Assembly: GCA_964406005.1 (NCBI GenBank)
Contig: CAYOPZ010000015.1
Span: 1,170-65,169, forward strand
Origin: an uncultured Bacteroidaceae bacterium
Lineage (GTDB): Bacteria; Bacteroidota; Bacteroidia; Bacteroidales; SM23-62
Length of the DNA stretch: 64,000 nucleotides
Reading direction: 5' to 3'
Shown here: positions 9,542 through 19,504 of the stretch, in pieces
How the letters are laid out: every line of letters begins with the position of its first letter
How positions within the stretch are numbered: position 1 is the stretch's first letter
Made by a program: the position numbers and the translations under genes
The notes under the pieces: model-generated
Databases searched by the model: none
Seen by the model: the letters and a program-made list of their open reading frames with translations, nothing else
Told to the model about the DNA's origin: nothing

Positions 9542-9574
9542 AAAAAAAAGGCCGTCCCATGTTATGAGACGGCC
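9542..9574 (-). terminator. Intrinsic terminator of sod
   Basis: Minus strand GGCCGTCTCAT-AAC-ATGGGACGGCC followed by T8, 30 nt past the sod stop. Confidence 0.8.
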
Positions 9575-9603
9575 CTTAAACCAACCAATAACTAATAACT
9601 AAA

Positions 9604-10200
9604 TCATGAACCAAATCTGTTTTGAACTTCTGTCCAGTCAATTACGTTCCAGAATGCCTCGATATACTCGGGCCTCCTGTTCTGGTACTTTAAATAATAC
9701 GCATGTTCCCAGACATCGAGTCCGAGTATGGGCGTACCTTTTACCTCGGATATATCCATAAGCGTGTTGTCCTGATTCGGGGTGGATGCAACCACCAGAC
9801 CGCTGCCGGTTTTAACCAGCCAGGCCCATCCGGAGCCGAAACGGGTTGCCGCGGCATTGGAGAACTCCTTCTTAAAATCCTCGAAGCTTCCGAATGCGGT
9901 GTTGATCGCATTGAGGAGTGTTCCGCCGGGTTGTCCGCCACCATCGGGTGACATAACTTCCCAGAATAAATTGTGATTGTAATAACCCCCTCCGTTATTT
10001 CTGATTGCAGCGTTGCTTCCGGCCTTGGCGAGCAGTGTCTCAATGGTCTGGCCGTCAAGGGAACTGCCTTCCACTGCTGCATTCAATTTGCTGGTATAAC
10101 CCCCGTGATGCTTGTCGTGGTGGATTTCCATCGTCCGTGCATCTATATAGGGTTCAAGTGCGTTGAAATCGTATTTTAAATCAGGTAACTTAAATGCCAT
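9604..10200 (-). CDS. sodA: Superoxide dismutase (Mn/Fe), cytoplasmic
   Basis: [44 protein letters not shown] suggests Mn-type. Confidence 0.93.
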   Translation of the reverse strand: MAFKLPDLKYDFNALEPYIDARTMEIHHDKHHGGYTSKLNAAVEGSSLDGQTIETLLAKAGSNAAIRNNGGGYYNHNLFWEVMSPDGGGQPGGTLLNAINTAFGSFEDFKKEFSNAAATRFGSGWAWLVKTGSGLVVASTPNQDNTLMDISEVKGTPILGLDVWEHAYYLKYQNRRPEYIEAFWNVIDWTEVQNRFGS

Positions 10201-10223
10201 TTTTTTATCTTTTAATATTTATG

Positions 10224-10255
10224 CAAATATAGTAATTTATTTAGACTAAATAAAT
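10224..10255 (-). promoter_or_regulatory. sod promoter (TATATTTG -7) and adjacent perfect 10-1-10 palindrome
   Basis: caaatata at 10224-10231; ATTTATTTAG-A-CTAAATAAAT at 10235-10255. Confidence 0.6.
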
Positions 10256-10382
10256 ATTAAGTATCAAGTTTAACGAATTTTAACATATGCAAACCTGTTT
10301 TATATCATATCGGTTTTTTGCATTATCCTTAATTTAGCTATGGTTATTGTCAGTTGACTAAACCAATCCTTTCTTAAATCAA

Positions 10383-12020
10383 ATGGCCATGTCAGAAAAA
10401 ACAGTATTCGTTCCGGGGGCGGTCAATGAACCGGTTAAAGAATATCGCCCGGGTTCCCCCGAAAGGGCGGAGATTAAAAAAGCGCTTGATGAAGTATATT
10501 CAGGGATTGTCGACATACCGATGTACATCGGAGGAAAAGCTCTGAGGTCGGATAAGAAAGTGCCTGTCTATCCGCCGCACAGGACGAACCATCTTATCGG
10601 GCATTATTACCTGGGAGGCAGGGATCATGTTGCCATGGCCATTGAGGCCGCACTGGACGCCAGGGAGAAATGGGCAAAAACGGATTGGCGAGTGCGGGCG
10701 GCCGTTTTTCTGAAAGCCGCCAGCCTGATCGCAGGTCCCTACCGGGCAAGGATCAATGCCGCAACCATGGTCGGTCAGTCCAAGACAGTTCATCAGGCTG
10801 AAATTGATTCTGCCTGTGAGATCATTGACTTCCTGCGTTTTAACGTGCAATACATGGAGGAGATACACAACTGTCAACCTGCATCCACGGGACATGTTTG
10901 GAACCGGCTTGAACAGCGTCCCCTGGAAGGATTCATATTTGCCCTTACACCGTTTAATTTTACGTCCATTGCCGGGAACCTGCCTACAGCACCTGCCATG
11001 ATGGGTAATGTTGTGGTATGGAAACCTTCGAGAACACAGATGTATTCTGCAAGGGTGCTTATGGAAATATTTCTGAAATCAGGCCTGCCCGACGGAGTTA
11101 TTAATATGGTCTGCGCCACAGGCCCCGTTGCGGGAGAGGCCATCCTGAACCATCCTGATTTTGCAGGCCTGCATTTTACCGGATCAACCGAAGTGTTCCG
11201 GGATATCTGGAAAACCGTTGGGCTGAATATTCACAGGTATAAAACCTATCCGAGGCTGGTTGGGGAAACTGGAGGAAAGGATTTTATCATAGCGCATCCC
11301 TCGGCAGTTGTACCGCAGTTGGTAACGGCTTTGACAAGGGGTGCCTTTGAGTACCAGGGGCAAAAATGTTCAGCTGTGTCCCGGGCTTACATACCCCGGA
11401 GCATATGGAAGGGGGTGAAAGCAGGCCTGGAATCCGATCTGGCATCCCTGAAGATGGGTGCACCGGAAGACTTCGGTAATTTCATGTGCGCCGTCATCGA
11501 TGAGACCAGCTTCGACAAACTTGCAGGCATCATTGACAGGGCCAGGAAGGACGGGGATGCAGATGTCATTCTGGGCGGGGGATATGATAAGTCAGAGGGA
11601 TATTTTATCGAACCCACCGTAATCCAGGCGAAGGACCCGAAATACATCACCATGGTGGAAGAACTGTTCGGTCCCATTCTGACCGTTTTTGTCTTCGACG
11701 ACAACAAGTGGGAGGAAACGCTGGAACTGCTTGACAATACTTCTCCCTATGCACTGACCGGAGCCGTGTTTGCCACAGACATGGGGGCTGTTGAATCCGC
11801 AAGTGAAAGACTTACCAATGCGGCCGGGAATTTTTACATCAATGACAAGCCTACAGGGGCGGTTGTCGGGCAGCAACCCTTCGGGGGGGCACGTGCATCC
11901 GGAACCAATGATAAGGCCGGATCCTACCTGAATTTGATCAGATGGGTTTCCCCGAGGACCGTTAAGGAAAACTTCCGGCCGCCCGAAGATTACCGCTATC
12001 CCTATATGCAGCAGGATTGA
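10383..12020 (+). CDS. pruA: L-glutamate gamma-semialdehyde (P5C) dehydrogenase
   Basis: ALDH motifs PFNFTSI, FTGST, GETGGKDF, YQGQKCSA, EELFGP, QQPFGGARASGTNDKAG. Confidence 0.93.
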   Translation: MAMSEKTVFVPGAVNEPVKEYRPGSPERAEIKKALDEVYSGIVDIPMYIGGKALRSDKKVPVYPPHRTNHLIGHYYLGGRDHVAMAIEAALDAREKWAKTDWRVRAAVFLKAASLIAGPYRARINAATMVGQSKTVHQAEIDSACEIIDFLRFNVQYMEEIHNCQPASTGHVWNRLEQRPLEGFIFALTPFNFTSIAGNLPTAPAMMGNVVVWKPSRTQMYSARVLMEIFLKSGLPDGVINMVCATGPVAGEAILNHPDFAGLHFTGSTEVFRDIWKTVGLNIHRYKTYPRLVGETGGKDFIIAHPSAVVPQLVTALTRGAFEYQGQKCSAVSRAYIPRSIWKGVKAGLESDLASLKMGAPEDFGNFMCAVIDETSFDKLAGIIDRARKDGDADVILGGGYDKSEGYFIEPTVIQAKDPKYITMVEELFGPILTVFVFDDNKWEETLELLDNTSPYALTGAVFATDMGAVESASERLTNAAGNFYINDKPTGAVVGQQPFGGARASGTNDKAGSYLNLIRWVSPRTVKENFRPPEDYRYPYMQQD

Positions 12021-12095
12021 CAGGATCCGTTAATTGTTCATAAATCGTTCCCGGATCATTTGTTTAATTACCTACATTGCAAACGGCTGTACACC

Positions 12096-12401
12096 ATGTT
12101 TAAAAGTGATTCTTACTGGATTCGGATCATCAGGAACAAATACCTGATCGCAATACTGGGCTTCCTGGTCTGGATGTTTGTGTTTGACCGCAACAGCCTG
12201 ATAGACAGGATAAAATATGCCCGTGCCCTGCATGAAATGGAAGATGAGAAGCGTTACTACCTCGAAAAGATCGATGAAGATTCACAGCGTCTCAATGAAT
12301 TGAAAACAGACAGGGAAAACCTTGAAAAATATGCCCGGGAGCAGTTTTACATGAAGAAAGAGGACGAAGATGTCTACGTGATTGTTGAAAGGGAAAAATA
12401 G
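12096..12401 (+). CDS. Septum formation initiator (FtsB/DivIC family)
   Basis: NKY..TM..FDRNS, coiled coil, LEKYAREQFYMKKEDEDVYVI; start moved to ATG 12096. Confidence 0.85.
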   Translation: MFKSDSYWIRIIRNKYLIAILGFLVWMFVFDRNSLIDRIKYARALHEMEDEKRYYLEKIDEDSQRLNELKTDRENLEKYAREQFYMKKEDEDVYVIVEREK

Positions 12402-12407
12402 GTTTTT

Positions 12408-13652
12408 CTAAACGTTTCTCTGTACCCGCCTTAAATGTTCCAGCAATTCCAGTTTGCTGGAGGAAGGGACAAAGTGCGGATCCGTTTTTTGCAGGAAATC
12501 CCCGGCGGCCCGGTCAACCGGCAAACGATCGTAATGATCACGGTGTGCCTGATTAATGAATTTCAGCACCCTGAAAACATTGAACCAGCGAAAGAACCGT
12601 TTCCGGAATGCGGCTTCTCCCCGGCAGTTTTTCCTGATCTCCCCGATCCTGTCAAAAAATCCTGTTTTCAGGTTCTCACGAATGCTTGGCGGATAAGCGA
12701 GGAATTGTCTTTCAAGCTCTCCGGCCCGGGAAAGGTACATGAGCGGAACCGTAGCGAGGAAATCCCTGAGATCGTCAAACACCGCAGGATGGTATGTGCT
12801 TAGAGAGCGGATCTCCCCGGTCAGGAATTTGCTGGTCACGGGACCCGTACCGAAGGGGACACGCAAAGAAGGACGCGGGGACGGTTTCAGACAGGTGGTA
12901 TTAATCTCATGAAAATTGCCGAGGGGTATGATCTTATGCAGGAAATAGAAATCCTCTCCGGCCTTTCTTTTGTTCATGCCTCCCTGCTGTGCATACACAC
13001 CGGCCCTGACGGCGAAACAGGAACCCAGTGTATGGTAGGCATGGGGATGACCGGCATACCGGAGGGCCTGGATGTAATACCGGAGGTGTATCTCATACTG
13101 TATGATGCCCTGGTAGATCCTTTCAGGGTAGGCGTTGCCCTGCACCGGGTGCTCGAAGTAAATGGAACATGCATCGGATGCCGGGTTGTTCCTGAAATGC
13201 CTTTCAACCTCGGTAAGATAATTCTGTTCGCAGAGGGTGTCCGCATCCAGCGACAGAATGATGCCGTCCGGTCTATCCAGCCTGTCGAACATGCCTGCCG
13301 CATAATCCATGGCGATCTTCCTGGCATAGCCCGCTCCTGCCAGCTTTTCCGGGATCCCCTTTTCATGGAAGCAACGGATACGGAACCTGTCATTTGAGTG
13401 TTCTGCAGAGAAGGACAGGATTTGCTTTTCCGTTTTTTCGTTTGTATCGATTACTTCTGATCCCGCTTTTTCCGCGGAATTTAAGACCACTGCAACTTCC
13501 ACCGAGCCGTCCGGACGTGCACATTCTGTAAGGGCACTGAGCGTTTGCAGGATCCCCGGTTCACTGCTTGCCGGGATGGTGATTATAATGGAAAGGTCCT
13601 GTTGAGGGACCGGCCTATGGCGTACTGCCTTTTTCGGTTCTGTATTGTGCAT
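12408..13652 (-). CDS. GT-A fold (family 2-like) glycosyltransferase
   Basis: IIITIPA, GAGYARKIAMD, SLDADT (DxD), AGEDFYFL; start moved to MHNTE at 13652 (uncertain). Confidence 0.75.
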   Translation of the reverse strand: MHNTEPKKAVRHRPVPQQDLSIIITIPASSEPGILQTLSALTECARPDGSVEVAVVLNSAEKAGSEVIDTNEKTEKQILSFSAEHSNDRFRIRCFHEKGIPEKLAGAGYARKIAMDYAAGMFDRLDRPDGIILSLDADTLCEQNYLTEVERHFRNNPASDACSIYFEHPVQGNAYPERIYQGIIQYEIHLRYYIQALRYAGHPHAYHTLGSCFAVRAGVYAQQGGMNKRKAGEDFYFLHKIIPLGNFHEINTTCLKPSPRPSLRVPFGTGPVTSKFLTGEIRSLSTYHPAVFDDLRDFLATVPLMYLSRAGELERQFLAYPPSIRENLKTGFFDRIGEIRKNCRGEAAFRKRFFRWFNVFRVLKFINQAHRDHYDRLPVDRAAGDFLQKTDPHFVPSSSKLELLEHLRRVQRNV

Positions 13653-14232
13653 TGAGTCCCCCGAGAACGCTGTAGGTGATATCCAGTTCATCGTCTGCAA
13701 ACAACATGTTGTCTCCAAAGCTGTTGCTGAAGATAAACTCATAATTATAGTCGGTGTTGTAATCCTTGAGGTACTCCATTATGGCATTGATCAGTCGACG
13801 GTTGCGGACCTGTTCTTCTTCTGCCAGCTGAGAAGAAAGCTCATCCCTGAACTGAATCAGGTTCTGTTGCTCCTGAATCAGTTGCTCTTCAAGCCGGGCA
13901 GCTTCGCTGCGGGTCACCAGTCCCTTCTGAAGCTTGTCCTGATAATCCAGTGCGCTGGTTTGATAACGCTGGGACCGGCTGTTCAGTTCAGCTTCCATTT
14001 CCGATTGCTTGTCCATGAGCTCATCCTGCAGATCTGCATAGTAGTCATAATTGTTCAGCAGGGTATCGATGTTAATGAACGCGATCCTGCCGTACGTTCT
14101 GGCAGTACTCTCTGTAATTTCTGCCTGGGGAGATTCACGGGTCATGGCATCTTGGGGATGAAAATGCAGGTAATAAAGAACGCCTACGGCGAGTATCAGG
14201 ACGGCATTCAGGATCAGTGACAGGTTTTTCAT
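13615..14232 (-). CDS. OmpH/Skp family protein with N-terminal membrane anchor
   Basis: IAFINIDTLL, long coiled coil, LDITYSVLGGLN. Confidence 0.85.
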   Translation of the reverse strand: MKNLSLILNAVLILAVGVLYYLHFHPQDAMTRESPQAEITESTARTYGRIAFINIDTLLNNYDYYADLQDELMDKQSEMEAELNSRSQRYQTSALDYQDKLQKGLVTRSEAARLEEQLIQEQQNLIQFRDELSSQLAEEEQVRNRRLINAIMEYLKDYNTDYNYEFIFSNSFGDNMLFADDELDITYSVLGGLNAQYRTEKGSTP

Positions 14233-14324
14233 GAATTGTGGTTTACAGGGATTTGCTTAAATTCCTGCTAATATATGCAAAATTCACAAATGAGACGATT
14301 GATGTGTGCGCCGATTCCTGTGGT

Positions 14325-15305
14325 TTAAAACTCCGGACACGGGACCATATGGCGTCTGGTCTTCTTCCGTGTGGTTTCAAACTCATAGATCAGAGCAATT
14401 TCATGAGATCCCCCCGTGCTTCCGACCAGTTTGCTGATTGTAAAATCGTAGCTATAGCCCACACTGAACTGTTCTATCTTGTAACCCACCAGGAAAATGA
14501 TGGCATCTCCCCTGTTTTCATTATTGATGATGGGTATTCCGCGGTACCAGATGCCGAACACAAGGGGATTCTTGTACCAGTACAATCCAATGTCCAGTTG
14601 ATTTATGGAAAACTGGTTGCGGAACAGGGCGGCCAGGGAAAGGGTTTCATCCACCGGCTTCAGCAGTCTTCCTTTCCGGATTACCTGGTATCCTCCGAAT
14701 GCTGAAATTTTCATGGGCCACTTCTCTTCCTCGTTCCCGTAAAGGGATAGATTCGGTCTGAACAGGTGGTCTATGGCAAACCCTCCCCAGGCCCTGTCGG
14801 AGTATCCAAGCAAGGAGAGCGAAGCATCGATGTCCCCTTTATTTTTCAGGGGCGGGATCTCTATGGTTGGGGTCGTACCGCCGGGTGAGATCTGGTCTCC
14901 CCACAGAAGCTTGGAAAAATTAATCCCCTGCTGGGTATATAACATATGAAGCCCGGGGCGAATGTGCCAGACGTCGGTAAGCTTGATGTCATAGGAGTAC
15001 TGAAAGCCAACACTGGTGGTACTGTAGTCTCCCGATCCGGCCACATCCCTGAATATCAGGACTCCCAGGCCTGAATTGAAATTGGAAAAATAGTGGTCGT
15101 AGGAAAACGCATAGGTTACGTAGGTCCCGGGAAATTTCGGCCACTGATTCCGGTATGTGGTGGCGATCCTGTGTTGCTGGGTGGCGCCTGCAAAAGAAGG
15201 TGCGAGGTAGAGGGGAACGGAATAAAACTGGGAAAACTGAGGGTCCTGTCCATAAGAAAAAAGGCATAATAATGTCAGGGATAATATGATGAATGGTCTC
15301 CTCAC
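14325..15305 (-). CDS. PorP/SprF family T9SS outer-membrane beta-barrel
   Basis: Signal peptide then QDPQFSQFY..LAPSFAG, YRNQW, GYSYDF..GGSHEI; TATCTTTG promoter at 15384-15391. Confidence 0.9.
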   Translation of the reverse strand: MRRPFIILSLTLLCLFSYGQDPQFSQFYSVPLYLAPSFAGATQQHRIATTYRNQWPKFPGTYVTYAFSYDHYFSNFNSGLGVLIFRDVAGSGDYSTTSVGFQYSYDIKLTDVWHIRPGLHMLYTQQGINFSKLLWGDQISPGGTTPTIEIPPLKNKGDIDASLSLLGYSDRAWGGFAIDHLFRPNLSLYGNEEEKWPMKISAFGGYQVIRKGRLLKPVDETLSLAALFRNQFSINQLDIGLYWYKNPLVFGIWYRGIPIINNENRGDAIIFLVGYKIEQFSVGYSYDFTISKLVGSTGGSHEIALIYEFETTRKKTRRHMVPCPEF

Positions 15306-15526
15306 TTGCCTGGTTGAGAATCTATTAATCCACTAATATAGCCAAAAACAGCCAGTTTGAAAATATCCTTTTTTATGCATATCCAAAGATAAAGATATCA
15401 ACATCTTAAACGGAGAAGTCGCATTTTTGGTTTCATTGTCCCGGACAAATCCATGATCAGGAGTTTAGAGAGGACAGGGAATGATGTATACAGAAAGCTC
15501 CGGTCCGGTCCGGGTTCAGAAGCGGA

Positions 15527-16828
15527 TTAGTATTTTTTGATCAGAGTGACATCTCCGCTCTGCACAAAGGTCTGTCCATTGCTGAATTTCCCCCTGGCCT
15601 TCCAGATATATACGCCCTGTGAGGCAAGTTGCTGCCTGTAGTAACCGTCCCATCCGATCCGGAGTTCGTTACTTTCGAATATCTGAATCCCGAAACGGTT
15701 GAAAATCCTCAGCTGATATTCAATAAGTTCTCCAGTTACAACGGGATGAAAAACGGTATTGCCGATGTCGTTCTCTTCGTAGTATCCGTCGCAGGGCCCG
15801 TTGAGATTGGGTGTGAAGGCGTTGGGAAACACAATGTCATTGGCCTGGCTGGAAAATGCATTATAGATGATCAGCGAATCGAAGCACTGATTTTCATTCC
15901 ATACCTTAAGTTTGACATGATAGTTCCCGGACTGGTCGTAATAATGGACGGGATCCGAGAGTCCGGACTTTTGCTGATCGCCGAAATCCCATTCATAGAA
16001 ATCGGCCGATTTGGAATAATTGTAGAAATAAACGGGATGGCCGTCTGCCAGGGCAGGATATTCTTCAAACTCAAAAAGAGCCTTTGGTGTTTCAAAAACC
16101 CGGATGGTTCCCTGCTTCATATATTCAAGCCCGTCTTTCCCGGTCATCCTGAGGATCACGGTATGATCGCCGCTCTCATCAAATACGTATGACGGATTGG
16201 CTTCCGTTGAACTGCCCCCGTCACCGAAAGTCCATAAGAATTTTTCGGCATTTTCCGATTCGTTGTGGAATTCCACGGCCAGCGGGGCACAACCGCTTTG
16301 CCTGCTGGCTGAAAAGCCGATCCTCGCCGGAGGCGCATCCTTGCTTTCTGCGACCGGTTCCTTTCCTTCCGGTGATTGTGATTTCCTTTTGTTTGACGGT
16401 TCCCGGTCTGCTCCCTCCTGTTCGGGAACGGAAAGCATTCTGTCGGGCAGGGCTGTTTCCTTGGGTTGCGCTTCTGCCGGACTTTCGGATTCCCCGGGAT
16501 TTCCGGAATTCACGATATCAGGACCGGTGACTGCCTTTGGCATATCAGGGGATTGTTCTGCGGGCAGGGGACTTTGCCGGGAAACAGGATTATTCGCGGC
16601 TTCGGGCCCGTTGCTGGCGGGTGATGCAAAGAACAGCATTCCTCCTGTTGCGACGGCAAGTACTGCCGCGAGATAATAGACATTGAATGTGTTGAAGCTG
16701 AACGAGAAGAACTGCCTCCACATAATCCTTGTCCGGATTCCTGACCAGAGCCCGGGGGAGGGGTTCACAATATAGTTGTCGAATTGTGAACGAAAAAGTT
16801 CTTCAATATTTAATTTATTCCCGCTCAT
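15527..16828 (-). CDS. Anti-sigma-like membrane protein with two PKD domains and a T9SS type-B C-terminal domain
   Basis: N-term IEELFRSQFDNYIVNPSPGLWSGI, TM about aa 50-68, P/S/E-rich linker, PKD (WTFGDG, WDFGD), CTD PNAFTPN..IFNRFG..GWDG..GVYIW..GDVTLIK. Confidence 0.8.
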   Translation of the reverse strand: MSGNKLNIEELFRSQFDNYIVNPSPGLWSGIRTRIMWRQFFSFSFNTFNVYYLAAVLAVATGGMLFFASPASNGPEAANNPVSRQSPLPAEQSPDMPKAVTGPDIVNSGNPGESESPAEAQPKETALPDRMLSVPEQEGADREPSNKRKSQSPEGKEPVAESKDAPPARIGFSASRQSGCAPLAVEFHNESENAEKFLWTFGDGGSSTEANPSYVFDESGDHTVILRMTGKDGLEYMKQGTIRVFETPKALFEFEEYPALADGHPVYFYNYSKSADFYEWDFGDQQKSGLSDPVHYYDQSGNYHVKLKVWNENQCFDSLIIYNAFSSQANDIVFPNAFTPNLNGPCDGYYEENDIGNTVFHPVVTGELIEYQLRIFNRFGIQIFESNELRIGWDGYYRQQLASQGVYIWKARGKFSNGQTFVQSGDVTLIKKY

Positions 16829-17378
16829 TTGTGTTTTCCGGGATTTTCTTTAGTGAACCGAGTTTTTTCCTTATCAGGCTTTTTGCCCTTGAATATTGTG
16901 ATTTTGAAGTATTTACGTCAATCCTCAACAGGTCTGCGATCTCTTTATGCCTGTACCCTTCGATGGCATAAAGATTGAATACCATCCGGTAACCGTCAGG
17001 CAGGGATTTTATAATGCTGAACAACTCCTCCCTGGTAAAATCGGCTGTATCCAGTTCCATGCCTTCTATGTCCGTTTCCCTGATGTCTTCAATATCCTGG
17101 TGATAATGGTGCTTCAGGTTCCTGTGATAATGTGTAATGGCTGTGTTTATCATTATTTTTCTCATCCAGTTGATAAATGAACCCTTTCCTGCAAAATCCC
17201 TTATGTTAAAATAGACCTTGATCAAACCGTCCTGAAGAATATCTTCCGCTTCATCCCGTCTTCCCGAGTACCGGATACATACTCCCAGGAGTATCGGTGC
17301 AAAACGCTCATACAAGGCTTTCTGAGCTCTCCTGTCATTGCGGCAGCATCCCTCAATTATGTCCTTCTCATCCAGCAT
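16815..17378 (-). CDS. ECF-type RNA polymerase sigma-70 factor
   Basis: RAQKALYE, EAEDILQDG, GSFINWMRKIMINTA, LPDGYRMVFNLYAIEGYRHKEIA, TSKSQYSRAK. Confidence 0.93.
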   Translation of the reverse strand: MLDEKDIIEGCCRNDRRAQKALYERFAPILLGVCIRYSGRRDEAEDILQDGLIKVYFNIRDFAGKGSFINWMRKIMINTAITHYHRNLKHHYHQDIEDIRETDIEGMELDTADFTREELFSIIKSLPDGYRMVFNLYAIEGYRHKEIADLLRIDVNTSKSQYSRAKSLIRKKLGSLKKIPENTNERE

Positions 17379-17396
17379 ATATTTTAACCATCGTTA

Positions 17397-17425
17397 AGAC
17401 AAATATTTTTTTCAAATGGTTGCAT
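17397..17425 (-). promoter_or_regulatory. Putative ECF-dependent promoter ATGCAACC-N16-TGTCT
   Basis: Same motif as at 2951-2978, directly upstream of ECF start. Confidence 0.6.
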
Positions 17426-17569
17426 AGATTTCTGATAATGCCTTTTTATCTGAATAATCAAGCCGGCAGGTAAAAATCCTTCTTCCTTATTACGGTGAAG
17501 TTCCGCGATATGTTTCCATGACACCCCGGTTTACTTAATTAAATGTTAAATAAAGGGTTTTTTTCGAAC

Positions 17570-17614
17570 TTATTTAAAATGATTTTAAATAACATGTTAA
17601 AAATAATACCTTTG
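17570..17614 (+). promoter_or_regulatory. Perfect 11-1-11 palindrome (Fur/PerR-like) and TACCTTTG -7 element of second sod
   Basis: TTATTTAAAAT-G-ATTTTAAATAA at 17570-17592; TACCTTTG at 17607-17614. Confidence 0.6.
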
Positions 17615-17642
17615 CATGTATTCACGAAAACCAAGCATAGAT

Positions 17643-18380
17643 ATGAAGAAAAGAGATTTCCTTAAGAAAAGTGCGATTCTCACTGTTGGCGGTACCCTGG
17701 CTGCCTCATCCGGGGTCGGTCTCAAAGCTGCGAAAACGGCCGGACGGAAAAACCGGAGGGCCGGTATGGAATATGAACTGCCTGAATTACCGTATGCATA
17801 TGATGCCCTGGAACCCTATATCGATGCCCTCACCATGGAGATTCACCATGACAAGCATCATGCCGGCTATACCCGGAAACTGAATGCGGCAGTGAGCGAA
17901 TATGGACTGGAGGACACAGCCATCCAGGACCTGTTCAGCCGGATAAGCCGCCAGCCCTTGGCCGTCAGGAACAACGGGGGCGGATTTTACAATCATAAGT
18001 TGTTCTGGAAGTGGATGGCACCTCCCGGCAAGGGTGGCGGCGGCGAACCCGCAGGTGAATTGCTGAAGGCCATTGAGACCGGCTTTGGCAGTTACGATGA
18101 TTTCAGGGAGGAATTCTCCTCGGCCGCTGCCACAAGGTTTGGCTCGGGCTGGGCCTGGCTGGTAAAAACCGACAGCGGGCTGGTGGTTACATCCACCCCG
18201 AACCAGGACAATCCCCTCATGGACGTGGTTGAAACGAGAGGTATCCCCCTGCTGGGCATTGATGTATGGGAACATGCCTATTACCTTAAATACCAGAACA
18301 GGAGGGCGGACTATATTGCGGCTTTCTGGAATGTGGTCAACTGGGATTTCGTCAGCCAGAGGTTCAATAATAATATGTAA
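17643..18380 (+). CDS. Superoxide dismutase (Mn/Fe) with Tat-like signal peptide
   Basis: [21 protein letters not shown].. then full SOD ([33 protein letters not shown]); start moved to ATG 17643. Confidence 0.9.
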   Translation: MKKRDFLKKSAILTVGGTLAASSGVGLKAAKTAGRKNRRAGMEYELPELPYAYDALEPYIDALTMEIHHDKHHAGYTRKLNAAVSEYGLEDTAIQDLFSRISRQPLAVRNNGGGFYNHKLFWKWMAPPGKGGGGEPAGELLKAIETGFGSYDDFREEFSSAAATRFGSGWAWLVKTDSGLVVTSTPNQDNPLMDVVETRGIPLLGIDVWEHAYYLKYQNRRADYIAAFWNVVNWDFVSQRFNNNM

Positions 18381-18406
18381 GTTGAACGCATGCTGGCACA
18401 GCAGGT

Positions 18407-19504
18407 TCATCGGACTTTCTTATCCCTGATCCTGTTGTATTTCAGGCCTTTCAGGATCCAGTTGGCAAGCGGCTTTTCGGGATTTCTTTTCCGGAGGTTG
18501 ATGTATACCCCCAGCTTTTTAATCAGGGGCAGTTTATGGGTTTCCACAAATTCGATGAGGGTACCGTCCGGATCCTCAACATAGGAAAAATGCCCGGCGG
18601 CCTCGCCCATATCAAAGGTAATGTTATTCTTATGGGTTGAATCCACTGTAAAGGGGAAGCCTTTTTCCATGCATTCCGTTCTCAGCGCATCCATTCCCTT
18701 GATGTCGTAACAGAGATGAATGAACCCGAGATCTCCCCACTGCCGGCCTTCATAGATTTTTACGGGTTTTCTGTCCTTTGCCTCGACCAGTTCGATCTGG
18801 CTGGGGCCGAAAAGCCTGCTGAAGCCTCCACGCCAGGATCTGCTGTGTTTGAGCAATACCCTCCGCACAGTGTTCCTGCCTCCGGGCAATTCAGACAGAT
18901 CCTCGAATTGCGCTTCCGCATCATAGATAATCGTATCGTATCCCAGGATATCACTGTACAGTTTCCTTGCCCTGTCAATATTGGTTACACCTATCCAGGC
19001 ACCGAACGTGGCGCCCGTCAGTTTTTTTTCATTCCTGAAAACACTGTTATCCGTAACGACCTGGAAAAGGTTGTCGTAGGGATCCCTGATAAAGAAATGC
19101 CTGCCTCCGGCAGGATCATTGCCAATACCGTTGATATTGAGGTTTCTTGATTTGAAAAAGGCATAACTCTTATCAATGTCCGAGGTTTTGATCTTGGCTG
19201 CATTGATCCCAAGATCACCCAGGTGTATCTTGGTTTTGGGAGGTACGGGTTTGCGCTTGGTATATTGCCATATCTCAAATCCGCCTCCCCCCTGCAGATT
19301 GATGGCAAGTGCCGCGTGTCTTGAATGTGGCTGCCCGCCGGTATAGGGAAGCATGAGGTCAGCTACCGCTTTTTCCTCAAAAACCCTGATGTCCATCCCG
19401 AAATGTTCACGGTACCATTTCCAGGCTTCACGCAGGTTCATAACACCGATCCCGATCTGCTGTATCCCGCTGATTATTTTTTCCCGGATTTCCCCTTTGT
19501 ACAT
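18407..19504 (-). CDS. VOC/glyoxalase family protein
   Basis: GIQQIGIGV, FIRDPYDN, GFIHLCYD, VEDPDGTLIEFVE; start uncertain. Confidence 0.8.
   Translation of the reverse strand: MYKGEIREKIISGIQQIGIGVMNLREAWKWYREHFGMDIRVFEEKAVADLMLPYTGGQPHSRHAALAINLQGGGGFEIWQYTKRKPVPPKTKIHLGDLGINAAKIKTSDIDKSYAFFKSRNLNINGIGNDPAGGRHFFIRDPYDNLFQVVTDNSVFRNEKKLTGATFGAWIGVTNIDRARKLYSDILGYDTIIYDAEAQFEDLSELPGGRNTVRRVLLKHSRSWRGGFSRLFGPSQIELVEAKDRKPVKIYEGRQWGDLGFIHLCYDIKGMDALRTECMEKGFPFTVDSTHKNNITFDMGEAAGHFSYVEDPDGTLIEFVETHKLPLIKKLGVYINLRKRNPEKPLANWILKGLKYNRIRDKKVR

Noticed and set aside
9404..9595. 63-aa ORF
   Set aside because: Runs through the inverted repeat and the sod terminator; likely spurious
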